From Desulfomicrobium sp. (lineage in GTDB: Bacteria; Desulfobacterota; Desulfovibrionia; Desulfovibrionales; Desulfomicrobiaceae), in NCBI GenBank assembly GCA_040768745.1, contig JAXGMI010000001.1:64001-128000 (forward strand): a stretch of DNA of 64,000 bases, given 5' to 3'. The notes beneath the pieces are model-generated. The model saw only the letters and a list, made by a program, of their open reading frames with translations. It did not search any database and was not told the origin of the DNA. Shown in pieces: positions 30,917 through 40,794 of this stretch. The translations under genes were made by a program, and so were the position numbers. How positions within the stretch are numbered: the stretch's first letter is position 1; the number at the start of each line of letters is the position of its first letter.

Positions 30917-32233
30917 ATGACTTACATGAACAGCCGCATCTCCACCGTCTTTTTTATCGTCATCCTCCTTCTGGCGGGAGCCCTGGGCGGACTCTACTAC
31001 GTCAAGGCCGAATGGAAGCCTCCTGTGCTCTCCGTGACCCCAGAGCATTCCAGAGCCAGCGCACGGACAATCTTCACTGTCACGTCATCAGATCAGGACT
31101 CTGACCTGCGCGCCCTGAGGGTTGCCATCCAGCAGGGTTCGAACACCCTGGACATCGTCAGCAAGGAGCTCCCGGAAGGAACAACAGAACTGCGGGAGGA
31201 ATTTTCCCTGCCGAAAACCGGGATCAAAAACGAGCCCCTGACCCTCACTGTTTCCGTCACCGACACTTCCTGGCACCATTTCGGCAGGGGCAACAAGGCC
31301 CAGATCGTGCGTGAGCTGAACATAGACTCCAAACCGCCCATGGTGTCCGTCCTTTCCGGCCAGCACAACGTCAACCAGGGCGGCGCAGGGCTGCTCGTGT
31401 ACAGTACCGACGAGGAGCTGGCCATGTCTGGCGTGAGGATGGGGGATTACTTTTTCCCCGGCTATCCCTACCAGCCTGGAAAATATCTCTGTTTTTTTGC
31501 CGTTCCCTACCGTCTGGATTCCAAATCCGTCACCCCGTCCCTGTTCGCCACGGACCTTGCCGGCAACGAAGTCTCTGTCGGTTTTTTCTTTCGCCCCCTG
31601 CCCAAGAAATTCAAGCACGACAGCATTTCCATCTCTGACAACTTCCTGCAATCGAAAATGGGCCAGTTCACCGAGATCTATCCGAACCTGAGCCAGCCCA
31701 TCGATATTTTTCTCAAGGTCAATTCCGAGTTGCGGGCCAAGAACGTCAACGCACTGCTCCAGCTCGGCAAGGACACCGTCCCCCAAATGCTCTGGAACGG
31801 CCCCTTCATCCGTCTGCCCAACAGCGCACCCATGGCTGGCTTCGCCGACAACCGCACCTATCTCTACCAGGGCAAGGCCGTGGACAATCAAACCCACCTG
31901 GGAGTGGATCTGGCCTCTTTGGTGGCCTCCCCTGTTCCCGCAGGAAACACGGGCCGGGTCATCCTGGCCGAATTCATGGGCATCTACGGCAATGTGGTGG
32001 TTCTGGACCACGGTTTCGGGCTGCAGTCCCTCTATTCGCACCTGAGTGAAATCCACGTCCGCAAGGGGGATACGGTCCAGCGCGGGCAGATTATCGGCAA
32101 GACCGGCGCCACGGGCATGGCCGGCGGTGATCATCTCCATTTCGGAATGCTCATCTCGGGTCTGGAGGTCCAGCCCATCGAATGGTGGGACGCTCATTGG
32201 ATCAGGGACAACATCACCTCCAAACTCCAATAG
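30917..32233 (+). CDS. M23 family metallopeptidase
   Basis: HLGVD, YGNVVVLDHG, SLYSHL, HLHF. Confidence 0.9.
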   Translation: MTYMNSRISTVFFIVILLLAGALGGLYYVKAEWKPPVLSVTPEHSRASARTIFTVTSSDQDSDLRALRVAIQQGSNTLDIVSKELPEGTTELREEFSLPKTGIKNEPLTLTVSVTDTSWHHFGRGNKAQIVRELNIDSKPPMVSVLSGQHNVNQGGAGLLVYSTDEELAMSGVRMGDYFFPGYPYQPGKYLCFFAVPYRLDSKSVTPSLFATDLAGNEVSVGFFFRPLPKKFKHDSISISDNFLQSKMGQFTEIYPNLSQPIDIFLKVNSELRAKNVNALLQLGKDTVPQMLWNGPFIRLPNSAPMAGFADNRTYLYQGKAVDNQTHLGVDLASLVASPVPAGNTGRVILAEFMGIYGNVVVLDHGFGLQSLYSHLSEIHVRKGDTVQRGQIIGKTGATGMAGGDHLHFGMLISGLEVQPIEWWDAHWIRDNITSKLQ

Positions 32234-32528
32234 GAGGACTGTATCCTTTCCCGATGCAGGCCGTCCGACTCAGGTCGTGCGCGCACCGGAAGCCAGCCAC
32301 CTGTCAGGCGTGGGTTGACTCGCTGACGGCCTGGATGGGCTGATGGAGAGTGGACGCCCTGGCCTTCTGCCCGGAATTTGGAAAGCCCCATGCCAGGGCT
32401 TTACTCTGGGGCATTGCCCACATCCGTGTTGGGTGAAATTCCGCAATTCTGCCCCGGCATATCCTGAAATACTTTGAGGCGGATATGTAGGGAGCTGAAA
32501 TTACAAACTCAAGATAACCATTGCATCC

Positions 32529-32544
32529 TGGCATGCATCGTGCC
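32529..32544 (+). promoter_or_regulatory. Putative sigma-54 promoter of lactate dehydrogenase operon
   Basis: TGGCATGCATCGTGCC = GG-N10-GC about 40 nt upstream of the start. Confidence 0.55.
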
Positions 32545-32582
32545 AATAAAATGTACACAATGAACTCATCCCAGGAGGACGT

Positions 32583-33215
32583 ATGGGACCAGCCCCAGAG
32601 GTTTTAGAAAAGTTCAAGAAAAAAGCCGAAATCGTGTCGGCCATTGTCTCGGAAGTGGACTCCCTGACGCAGGCCATCGCCTATACCGTTGATCTGTGCG
32701 CCCAGAAGGAAGCCTGCCAGCTGCTCATGAGCGGATGCGAGGAATCCCTGTCCGACAAGGGCAAGGATTTGTGCGAGCTGAAGCAATGGGGAAAAATCAT
32801 CGCCGCACCGGGCCTGAACGAGGCCGACATGGCCGAGCTGGTCAAGCAGGCCGCCAGCCGCGAGATTTCCGTCATCAAGGACGGACTGCGGAACCACCTG
32901 GCCGGCATTGATATCGGCTTCACCGTGGCTGACTACGGCATCGGCGAAACAGGCTCCCTGGTGCTCGATTCTTCCAGCGAAGAGCTGCGCATCGCCACCA
33001 TGGTCAGTGAAATCCATGTCGCGGTCATCCCCAAGTCCCGCATTCGGGCCACGGCCGAGGACATGTACGCAGAGCTCAAGGGATACATGACCCAAAAGCC
33101 CAACTACCTGGCCTTTGTCACCGGCGCCAGCCGCACGGCGGACATTGAACGCGTCCTGGCCCTGGGCGTGCATGGGCCCTTGGAACTGCACATCCTGATT
33201 CTGGAGGACAAATAA
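32583..33215 (+). CDS. LUD-domain lactate utilisation protein (LldG/LutC-like)
   Basis: GETGSLV, TGASRTADIERVLALGVHGP. Confidence 0.88.
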   Translation: MGPAPEVLEKFKKKAEIVSAIVSEVDSLTQAIAYTVDLCAQKEACQLLMSGCEESLSDKGKDLCELKQWGKIIAAPGLNEADMAELVKQAASREISVIKDGLRNHLAGIDIGFTVADYGIGETGSLVLDSSSEELRIATMVSEIHVAVIPKSRIRATAEDMYAELKGYMTQKPNYLAFVTGASRTADIERVLALGVHGPLELHILILEDK

Positions 33216-35353
33216 TGCAGAAGGCCAAAAATCTTTCCGAATACAACAAGGAACTGCAGCAGGCCCTGGAAAACACCTTCCTGCGCGGGGCCATGGACAA
33301 GTTCGCCACGGCCTATCCCGTTGGCCGGGCCAACGCTTTCCGCGAATACGACATCGCACAACTGATCGAGGAAGTGGCCAAGGTCAAGGACGCCGGACTG
33401 GGCAGGCTGGACGAGCTGTACGCCGAGTTCAAGGCCAAGGCCGAGGCCAACGGGGTGCATGTGCACCTGGCCAAGACCGGTGATGAGGCCAATGAGATCA
33501 TCGCCCGCATTGCCCGGGACAACAAATGCCGCAAGATCGTCAAGTCCAAGTCCATGACGGCCGAAGAGACCCTCCTCAACCACCGCCTGGAAAAGGACAA
33601 TCTGGAGGTGACCGAGACCGACCTGGGCGAGTGGATCATCCAGCTCCGCAAAGAAGGTCCCAGCCACATGGTCATGCCTGCCATCCACCTCTCGCGCTAC
33701 CAGGTGGCCGAACTCTTCTCCCAGGTCACCCAGCAGGATCAGTCCACGGATATCCAACGCCTGGTCAAGGTGGCCCGGCGCGAATTGCGCCAGAAATACG
33801 CCGAAGCGGACATGGGCATCAGCGGATGCAACTTCGCCATCGCTGAAACCGGCACCATTGGCATCGTCACCAACGAAGGAAATGGCCGTCTGACCACCAC
33901 CCTGCCCCGGGTGCATGTGGCCCTGACCGGCATCGACAAGCTCTGCGCGACCCTTGAAGACGCCCTCAAAGTGCTGCGTGTTCTGCCGAAGAACGCCACG
34001 GGCCAGGCCATCACCTCGTACGTGACCTGGATCAGCGGGGCCAACGAATGTCAGACCGCGCCCGGCAGCAAGAAAGAAATGCACATCGTATTCCTGGACA
34101 ACGGGCGCAGTGAAATGGCCAAGGATCCCCTGTTTGCCCAGGTGCTCCGCTGCGTGCGCTGCGGGGCCTGCGCCAATGTCTGTCCGGTCTACCGCATGGT
34201 CGGCGGGCACCAGATGGGGCACATCTACATCGGTGCCATCGGCCTGATCCTGACCTACTTCTTCCACGGGAAGGACAAGGCCAAGAACCTGGTCCAGAAC
34301 TGCATCAATTGCGAAGCATGCAAGCACATCTGTGCCGCCGGCATTGACCTGCCCAGATTGATCAAGGAAATCCACGCCCGCATCCTGGACAAGGAAGGCC
34401 ACCCCCTGCCCTCTCTCCTGCTGGCCAAGCTGATGAAGAATCGCAAACTCTTCCACAGCTTCCTGCGCACGGCCAAGCTGGCCCAGCGGCCCCTGACCGG
34501 CGGGACGCAGTACATCCGGCACCTGCCCCAGATCTTCGCCAAGGATCACGGGTTCAAGGCCCTGCCGGCCATCGCCGCCAAACCCTTCCGGGACCGCTTC
34601 GAAAGCCTCAAGCCCCGCGTGTCAGCGCCCAAGTACCGCATCGCCCTGTTCTCTGGTTGCGTGCAGGACTTCGTCTATCCGGAGCAACTGGAGGCGGCCA
34701 TGAAGGTGCTGGGTGCGCACGACGTGGACGTGGACTTCCCCATGGAACAGTCCTGCTGCGGGCTTCCCCTGCAGATGATGGGCGAGAAAAAGGCCTGTAT
34801 CGACGTGGCCAAGCAGAACATCGAGGCCATGAGCGGGAACTACGACTACATCGTCACCTTGTGTGCATCCTGCGCCTCGCACCTGAGTCACAACTACCCC
34901 TTCCTGCTGGGCGAGAACGACACCGCAGCCAAGGCGTTTTCGGACAAGGTCATCCCCTTCTCGGCCTTCATGACCGATGTGCTGGGCGTGACCGCAGACA
35001 AGTTCAAGCAAACCCAGGAGCGGGCCACCATGCATGCCCCCTGCCACCTCTGCCGAGGCATGGGCGTGGTCGAGCAGCCCAGAAAGCTTCTGGCCCTGGG
35101 TGGCTACGAATACGCTCAGGCTGACCTGGAACAGGTCTGCTGCGGATTCGGAGGCACCTACTCAGCCAAGTTCCCGGGCGTGTCCGAACAGATCCTCAAG
35201 CACAAGCTGAATGACGCCGGCCGCACCGGCGCGGAAGTGCTGGTCACTGAATGCCCCGGCTGCATCATGCAGCTGCGCGGAGGCGCCGAAAAGAACAAAT
35301 CCGGCTTTGCCGTGCGGCACATCGCCGAAGTGCTTTCCGACCATCTCAAATAA
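33215..35353 (+). CDS. L-lactate dehydrogenase large subunit (LldH; LUD + 4Fe-4S + CCG domains)
   Basis: ETDLGEWIIQL, PSHMVMPAIH, CVRCGACANVCP, two CCG motifs. Confidence 0.9.
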   Translation: MQKAKNLSEYNKELQQALENTFLRGAMDKFATAYPVGRANAFREYDIAQLIEEVAKVKDAGLGRLDELYAEFKAKAEANGVHVHLAKTGDEANEIIARIARDNKCRKIVKSKSMTAEETLLNHRLEKDNLEVTETDLGEWIIQLRKEGPSHMVMPAIHLSRYQVAELFSQVTQQDQSTDIQRLVKVARRELRQKYAEADMGISGCNFAIAETGTIGIVTNEGNGRLTTTLPRVHVALTGIDKLCATLEDALKVLRVLPKNATGQAITSYVTWISGANECQTAPGSKKEMHIVFLDNGRSEMAKDPLFAQVLRCVRCGACANVCPVYRMVGGHQMGHIYIGAIGLILTYFFHGKDKAKNLVQNCINCEACKHICAAGIDLPRLIKEIHARILDKEGHPLPSLLLAKLMKNRKLFHSFLRTAKLAQRPLTGGTQYIRHLPQIFAKDHGFKALPAIAAKPFRDRFESLKPRVSAPKYRIALFSGCVQDFVYPEQLEAAMKVLGAHDVDVDFPMEQSCCGLPLQMMGEKKACIDVAKQNIEAMSGNYDYIVTLCASCASHLSHNYPFLLGENDTAAKAFSDKVIPFSAFMTDVLGVTADKFKQTQERATMHAPCHLCRGMGVVEQPRKLLALGGYEYAQADLEQVCCGFGGTYSAKFPGVSEQILKHKLNDAGRTGAEVLVTECPGCIMQLRGGAEKNKSGFAVRHIAEVLSDHLK

Positions 35354-35400
35354 CCAGGGCGGGCCGGTGAACCCGACCCGCATTTTTCTCTCCTTGCGCA

Positions 35401-35435
35401 CCGGGAGCCTCTCCTTGAGAGGCTCCCGGTTTTTT
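35401..35435 (+). terminator. Rho-independent terminator
   Basis: CCGGGAGCCTCTC-CTT-GAGAGGCTCCCGG followed by T-tract. Confidence 0.8.
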
Positions 35436-35698
35436 ACGCAGGCGCTTCCGGTCCCCAATACAGACAGGCGAGTCCTTGTCCGTTCAGTGCGGACAAAAAC
35501 AACGTCATCCTCCTCGACAGAAATGTAGTGAAGGTTACTTTACCCTTCATCACCATTCTGCTAATAAAGATAATGGTTAGGCAAAGGCTGGACCGGGACA
35601 CACCTCCCAAATTCTGATGACACAAAGCCACAGATAACCCGGCGCAGTGGGCAAGAGGCGGTTGACCTATCTCAACGTTTTTATCGGAGGAAATAATC

Positions 35699-37960
35699 AT
35701 GAATGGTTCCCAACCCCATCGTTGGCGGTTTTTCCGCCTGGGTGGATTCGACCAGGTCCGACTGGAGACGGCCGAGGATATCCAGCACCTGGACGAATTG
35801 GACCAGAAACTGTGGGCGGCCTTGAGCTGTCCGGTGCATGGCCTGGAATTCGACCCGCGCACCCTGGCCATGCTCGATACAGACACGGATGGCCGGGTCC
35901 GTGTGCCGGAAGTTCTCGCTGCTGCCCGATGGGTCACCAGTCTTTTGAAGGACAAAACCCCCCTGCTGTCCATGGCGGACACGTTGCCGCTGGCGGCCAT
36001 CGATGCCACCACCCCGGAGGGCAAGGGCCTGCTGGCCTCAGCCAAGCAGATTCTGGCCTATCTCGGCAAGCCCACGGCCACGAGCATCAGTATCGCCGAC
36101 CTGGCCGGGACCGAAACCCTGCTGCATGACTCCAAATTGAACGGCGATGGGGTTGTCACCCCCGCCAGCACCGACGACGCCGCCCTGAGTCAACTTATCG
36201 GGGAAATCATGGCCTGCGAGGGAACGGTCAATGATCGCAGTGGGGCTCCCGGCATCGGAGTGGAACTGGTCACCGCCTTTTTCGATGCCGCAACCAAATA
36301 CGCCGCCTGGTGGGATGAGGCCCTGGCCAACTCCCAGGTCGTGCTGCCCCTCGGGGACAAGACGTCTGAAGCGGCCGCGGTGCTCCAGTCCGTACGCTCC
36401 AAGATCAACGACTATTTCACCCGCTGCGCCCTGGCCACGTACGATCCCAAAGCCCAGGAACCCCTCAATCCGGCCTCGCAGACCTACGAAATCCTTTCTC
36501 CCCAGGATCTGACAGCAGCCACGGCCGAGCTGGAACGCTTCCCCCTGGCCCGAATCGAATCCGGGCGACCCTTGCCCCTGACCGAAGGGCTCAATCCGGC
36601 CTGGTCGGGCATCATGGCCTCCCTGCAAGCCATGGTCATCAAGCCCCTTCTTGGTGAGACAAACACCCTGGAGCCGGGCCAGTGGAAACAGATCCAGGCC
36701 GCGTTTGCCCCCTACGAAGCCTGGCAGGCAGCCAAAGCCGGGCCTGAGGTAGAAAGTCTGGGCATCGATCGGATCCGGACGATTCTGGCCGGAGGCGCGA
36801 GACAGGATCTGGACGCCCTGATAGCCGCTGATTTGAGCTTGGCAGAGCAGATCGACAGCATCGAAGCGGTGGTCCGTCTGGTCCACTACACCCGTGACCT
36901 GTTGCCCCTGCTGAATAATTTCGTGGCATTCAGGGATTTTTACGTCCAGGATCGCAAGGCCATCTTTCAGGCCGGCACTCTCTATCTGGACGGGCGGGCC
37001 TGTGAGCTCTGCGTTCGGGTTGACAATCCGGATGCCCACGGCGCCCTGGCCAACCTGAGCCAGACCTACCTGGCCTATTGCCAGTGCAAACGTCGCGGCA
37101 GTTCGGAGCAGATGACCATCGCCGCGGCCTTTACCGGGGGAGATGCCGACAACCTCATGGTCGGCCGCAACGGTGTTTTTTACGACCGCAAGGGCGGAGA
37201 CTGGGACGCGACCATTGTCAAGATCATAGACCACCCCATCAGCGTCCGCCAGGCGTTCTGGGCTCCGTACAAACGCGTTGCCCGCATGATCACGACGCAG
37301 ATCGAAAAATTCGCAGCCTCCAAGGACAAGGCTGTGGATGCTGGAGCCGAAGCGAGCATCGCCAGTGCTCCGGCCACTCCGCAGGCGGCCAAGGCACCCT
37401 TTGACGTGGGCAAGTTCGCCGGTATCTTCGCCGCCATCGGCCTGGCCTTGGGCGCCATCGGCACAGCGGTGGCCACGGTGCTGGGTGGTTTCATGTCCCT
37501 GCCTCTCTGGCAGATGCCCCTGGCCATCGCCGGTATCATCCTGTTCATCTCCGGGCCATCCATGCTCATGGCCTATATGAAGCTGCGACAGCGCAACCTC
37601 GGCCCCATCCTGGACGCCTGTGGATGGGCCGTGAACACAAAGGCCAGCATCAACATCCCCTTCGGCACCACCCTGACCAAGGTCGCCGAACTGCCCAAGG
37701 GCGCGGAACGCTCCTTGAGCGACCCCTTTGCAGAAAAGAAAACTCCCTGGACGCGCTGGGCCGTGATCCTGGCCATCCTCGTGGCCCTGGGCATGGCCTG
37801 GGACAAGGGCTATATTCAGAAATTGACCAAGTCCGTCATGCCCATGCTCATCAAGGAGCAGGTCAACGCAACAGTCGATAAACCCGCTGCTCCTGCCGCG
37901 TCCGTTCAGCAGAACGCAACCGCGCCGGCTCCCGCATCTCCTGCAGAGCCCGCAAAATAA
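35699..37960 (+). CDS. Large hypothetical membrane protein with EF-hand-like loop
   Basis: 753-aa ORF, GGAGG RBS, DTDTDGRVRVPE loop, three C-terminal hydrophobic segments. Confidence 0.8.
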   Translation: MNGSQPHRWRFFRLGGFDQVRLETAEDIQHLDELDQKLWAALSCPVHGLEFDPRTLAMLDTDTDGRVRVPEVLAAARWVTSLLKDKTPLLSMADTLPLAAIDATTPEGKGLLASAKQILAYLGKPTATSISIADLAGTETLLHDSKLNGDGVVTPASTDDAALSQLIGEIMACEGTVNDRSGAPGIGVELVTAFFDAATKYAAWWDEALANSQVVLPLGDKTSEAAAVLQSVRSKINDYFTRCALATYDPKAQEPLNPASQTYEILSPQDLTAATAELERFPLARIESGRPLPLTEGLNPAWSGIMASLQAMVIKPLLGETNTLEPGQWKQIQAAFAPYEAWQAAKAGPEVESLGIDRIRTILAGGARQDLDALIAADLSLAEQIDSIEAVVRLVHYTRDLLPLLNNFVAFRDFYVQDRKAIFQAGTLYLDGRACELCVRVDNPDAHGALANLSQTYLAYCQCKRRGSSEQMTIAAAFTGGDADNLMVGRNGVFYDRKGGDWDATIVKIIDHPISVRQAFWAPYKRVARMITTQIEKFAASKDKAVDAGAEASIASAPATPQAAKAPFDVGKFAGIFAAIGLALGAIGTAVATVLGGFMSLPLWQMPLAIAGIILFISGPSMLMAYMKLRQRNLGPILDACGWAVNTKASINIPFGTTLTKVAELPKGAERSLSDPFAEKKTPWTRWAVILAILVALGMAWDKGYIQKLTKSVMPMLIKEQVNATVDKPAAPAASVQQNATAPAPASPAEPAK

Positions 37961-38001
37961 GCCAGGCGCCGGGTCCAACCCGGCGCCATCCTTGTGCACC
38001 A

Positions 38002-38454
38002 ATGTTCATACGCGTCGCAACTCCCGCCGAACTGATCAGGGTCTTCATGGTCAGGGCCATCGTCTTCATGGAGGAACAGGGCATATCCTGCCGTGACGAA
38101 ATGGATGAGCACGATGACGCATCCATCCATGTCCTCGGAGAAGTGTGTGGCGAGCCAGTGGCCTGCGGCCGCATCCGCTTTCTGGGCGACAGAGCCCTGC
38201 TGCAGCGTCTGGCCGTCCGCCGGGCGTGGCGTGGGCAGGGACATGGAAGCGCCCTTTTACGGTTCATGCTCGACGAATGCCGCAGAAACGGATTCCATCG
38301 CTTTACCCTGCGCGCCCAGACCCAGGCTTGCCATTTCTATATGCGGCACGGATTTTCAGTCTGTGGCCAGGAGTTCGACGAGGCTGGCATTCCCCATCTG
38401 CCCATGCTGCTGGATGAAACGACCGGGGCGGGGGGGCCAATGCAAACCGAGTAG
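38002..38454 (+). CDS. GNAT acetyltransferase (ElaA/YjcF-like)
   Basis: VRAIVFMEEQ, RLAVRRAWRGQGHG, FDEAGIPH. Confidence 0.88.
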   Translation: MFIRVATPAELIRVFMVRAIVFMEEQGISCRDEMDEHDDASIHVLGEVCGEPVACGRIRFLGDRALLQRLAVRRAWRGQGHGSALLRFMLDECRRNGFHRFTLRAQTQACHFYMRHGFSVCGQEFDEAGIPHLPMLLDETTGAGGPMQTE

Positions 38455-38585
38455 CCCCCCATACCGGTCCTGTCCCTGGCCTTCCCGTCCCCTGTATTCT
38501 TCCTCAACTCGTTGAATTTACGCTTGCATTCTGTGTCATACGGAAGAATGATCCCTTCTGACCACACCCTCGACGACACACAAAC

Positions 38586-39752
38586 ATGAAATTATCCTCC
38601 TTTTCCCTGCAGGCCCTTGTTTTTTTTCTAGTCTCGGCCAGCTTTTCGACCATGTACCTGGTCCAGCCCGTCCTGCCAGTGCTGCAGACGGAATTCGGCA
38701 TATCCATTTCCCGCGCGTCCCAGACAGTATCCATGGTCATCCTGGGCGTGGCCCTGTCCACCCTGATTTTCGGCCGTCTGGCGGACATATACCCGGTCAA
38801 GCCCCTCATCATCCTGGGCGGGGCAGTCATATCCCTGTCCGGTCTGGCCTGCGCCCTCGTGCACAACATTGACGTTCTCATTGCCCTGCGGCTGATTCAG
38901 GGCCTCTTTATTCCGGCCCTGACCACCTGCCTGGCCACCTACTTGGCCCGGAATCTCCCTTTGGAACGGCTCAATGTGGTCATGGGCTCCTACATTGCAG
39001 CCACCGTGACCGGAGGTTTGGGCGGCCGGCTTCTGGGCGGCTGGATTCATCCTCCCCTGCATTGGAGATACGCCTTTGTCACAACGTCGGTCCTGGTGCT
39101 GATCGCGGCCTTGGCAGCGGCAATCCTGCTCCCGGCAGAACGCAAGCCCACTGAGAAGCCAGGTCAGGGCCCAGGATTTTTCAGCCTCATGCGCCGTCCC
39201 CCCATGCTGGCCATCTTCACTGTCGGATTCGGGGCCATGTTCGTGTTCGGGGCGACCTTCAATTACCTCCCCTTCTACCTGAGCGCCCCGCCCTTTGTCC
39301 TGAGCACCAACGCCATCACCCTTTTGTACATGAACTACATTGCAGGCGTGATCATCGCACCGTTATCCGGGAAATTCAGCAATCGCTTCGGCAACGGACT
39401 GACCATGATCCTGGGCACCTTGATCCTGGCCGCAGCTTTGCTGCTGAGCCACATTCCTCTCTTATGGACCGTGGCCTTCAGCCTGTGCATGGCCTGTACG
39501 GGGTTCTTCGCTGTCCACGCCGCAGCCATGGGCAGCATGAACCGCAAACTTGCCTCCAGCCGAGGCAGGGCAAATTCCCTCTACATCCTATGGTATTATC
39601 TGGGAGGATCGGCCGGAATCACAGTTTCCGGGGTGGGCTTCAAGCATTTTGGATGGGCTGGCGTGACGGGCACGGGACTGGCCATGCTGGTTCTCCTTCT
39701 CGGACTTGGCGTTTTCGAACTGCGCGGCGAGCGGGAGAACAGAGAACCCTGA
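38586..39752 (+). CDS. MFS transporter (YnfM-like)
   Basis: Multi-TM profile, QPVLP, GGLGGRLLGG, SLYILWYYLGGS. Confidence 0.85.
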   Translation: MKLSSFSLQALVFFLVSASFSTMYLVQPVLPVLQTEFGISISRASQTVSMVILGVALSTLIFGRLADIYPVKPLIILGGAVISLSGLACALVHNIDVLIALRLIQGLFIPALTTCLATYLARNLPLERLNVVMGSYIAATVTGGLGGRLLGGWIHPPLHWRYAFVTTSVLVLIAALAAAILLPAERKPTEKPGQGPGFFSLMRRPPMLAIFTVGFGAMFVFGATFNYLPFYLSAPPFVLSTNAITLLYMNYIAGVIIAPLSGKFSNRFGNGLTMILGTLILAAALLLSHIPLLWTVAFSLCMACTGFFAVHAAAMGSMNRKLASSRGRANSLYILWYYLGGSAGITVSGVGFKHFGWAGVTGTGLAMLVLLLGLGVFELRGERENREP

Positions 39753-39929
39753 CCGGCCTGGCCGGTGGAGGAAAATTCTGCTGGTCAGACATCTTGTTTT
39801 CGACTCCAAACACCCCCCCTCCAAGATGGTGCGCCAGGCCCTTCCCAAGGGCTGATGCTGGCCAGAGGCAGGATTCCCGGCTGACCTGACTGCCAAGGTG
39901 TGTTTGCGATTTTTTCAGGCGACAGAGGA

Positions 39930-40589
39930 TCAGAACCAACGCACAATCTGCTCCAGGGGCCGACGGGTCTTGCGCTTGGGGGCCTTGGCCCGATACCCAA
40001 AGGCCAGCATGTAGGCCACCCCATACTCGTTCAGGTCCACGCCGAAATCCTCGGCCAGGGTCTCATCCACCTTCTCCTGTACGAACCCTTCGATGGGGCA
40101 GGAATCAATGCCGATGAGCGCGGCTGCGGTCATCATGTTGGCCTGGGCGAGGTAGCACTGCTTGCAGGCCCAGTCGAACATGGCCCTGTCACTGTCCAAC
40201 AGGCGAAAATCGGATTGCTGGAACGTGGCGTAGTATTCTGTGCGGGCGGTGATGCGGTCCTCGGGCAGTTCCTGGATGTTGCGCATGAAATCGGAGATCC
40301 CAACACTGTCGAACTTGAGCAGCGGGGTCTTCATGGCCAGGCAGACCAGAAAATGGCTTGCCGTGGGAATCTGGGTCTTCCCCCCCCAGGTATGCGGCAA
40401 TAATTTGGTCCGGAACTTCATGTCCTGAACCACCAGAAACTGCCAGGGCTCGAAGCCGAAAGAGCTGGGTGAAAGGCGCGCTGTTTCCAGGATGAACAGA
40501 AAATCCTCCTCTGAAATTTTAACATCCGGGTCGAACTCTTTGCATGCGTGACGGAACATGAAGGCATCCAGAATGATCTGCTTGTCCAT
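39930..40589 (-). CDS. Nitroreductase-family NAD(P)H oxidoreductase
   Basis: RHACKEFD, SPSSFGFEPW, GIDSCPIEGF, FGYR. Confidence 0.9.
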   Translation of the reverse strand: MDKQIILDAFMFRHACKEFDPDVKISEEDFLFILETARLSPSSFGFEPWQFLVVQDMKFRTKLLPHTWGGKTQIPTASHFLVCLAMKTPLLKFDSVGISDFMRNIQELPEDRITARTEYYATFQQSDFRLLDSDRAMFDWACKQCYLAQANMMTAAALIGIDSCPIEGFVQEKVDETLAEDFGVDLNEYGVAYMLAFGYRAKAPKRKTRRPLEQIVRWF

Positions 40590-40794
40590 CTCTGTCTCCT
40601 GAAAAAGATTGGCTGTGAAGCGGTTGGATACCAAACCCGTACCCGCGGCTGGGCCAAAGTCAAGAATTGCGCTTCTGGGTCTGCCGGTCTTGGCAGGCCG
40701 GCCCGACTTCCTCAATGCGGCTGATTCCTCTTGCCGGCCTCAGACCCAGGGCGTAACTGGACCACCTTGCACACTCTCATTCTGACAATCCACC

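Noticed and set aside
32260..32340. SRP-RNA-like TCAGGTC...GGAAGCCAGC
   Set aside because: Does not match the CAGG-GNRA-AGCAG loop geometry.
36038..38002. Long antisense ORFs (also 27921-29546, 33104-34549, 22395-23930, 61257-62531)
   Set aside because: Shadow frames of GC-rich genes, no recognisable motifs.
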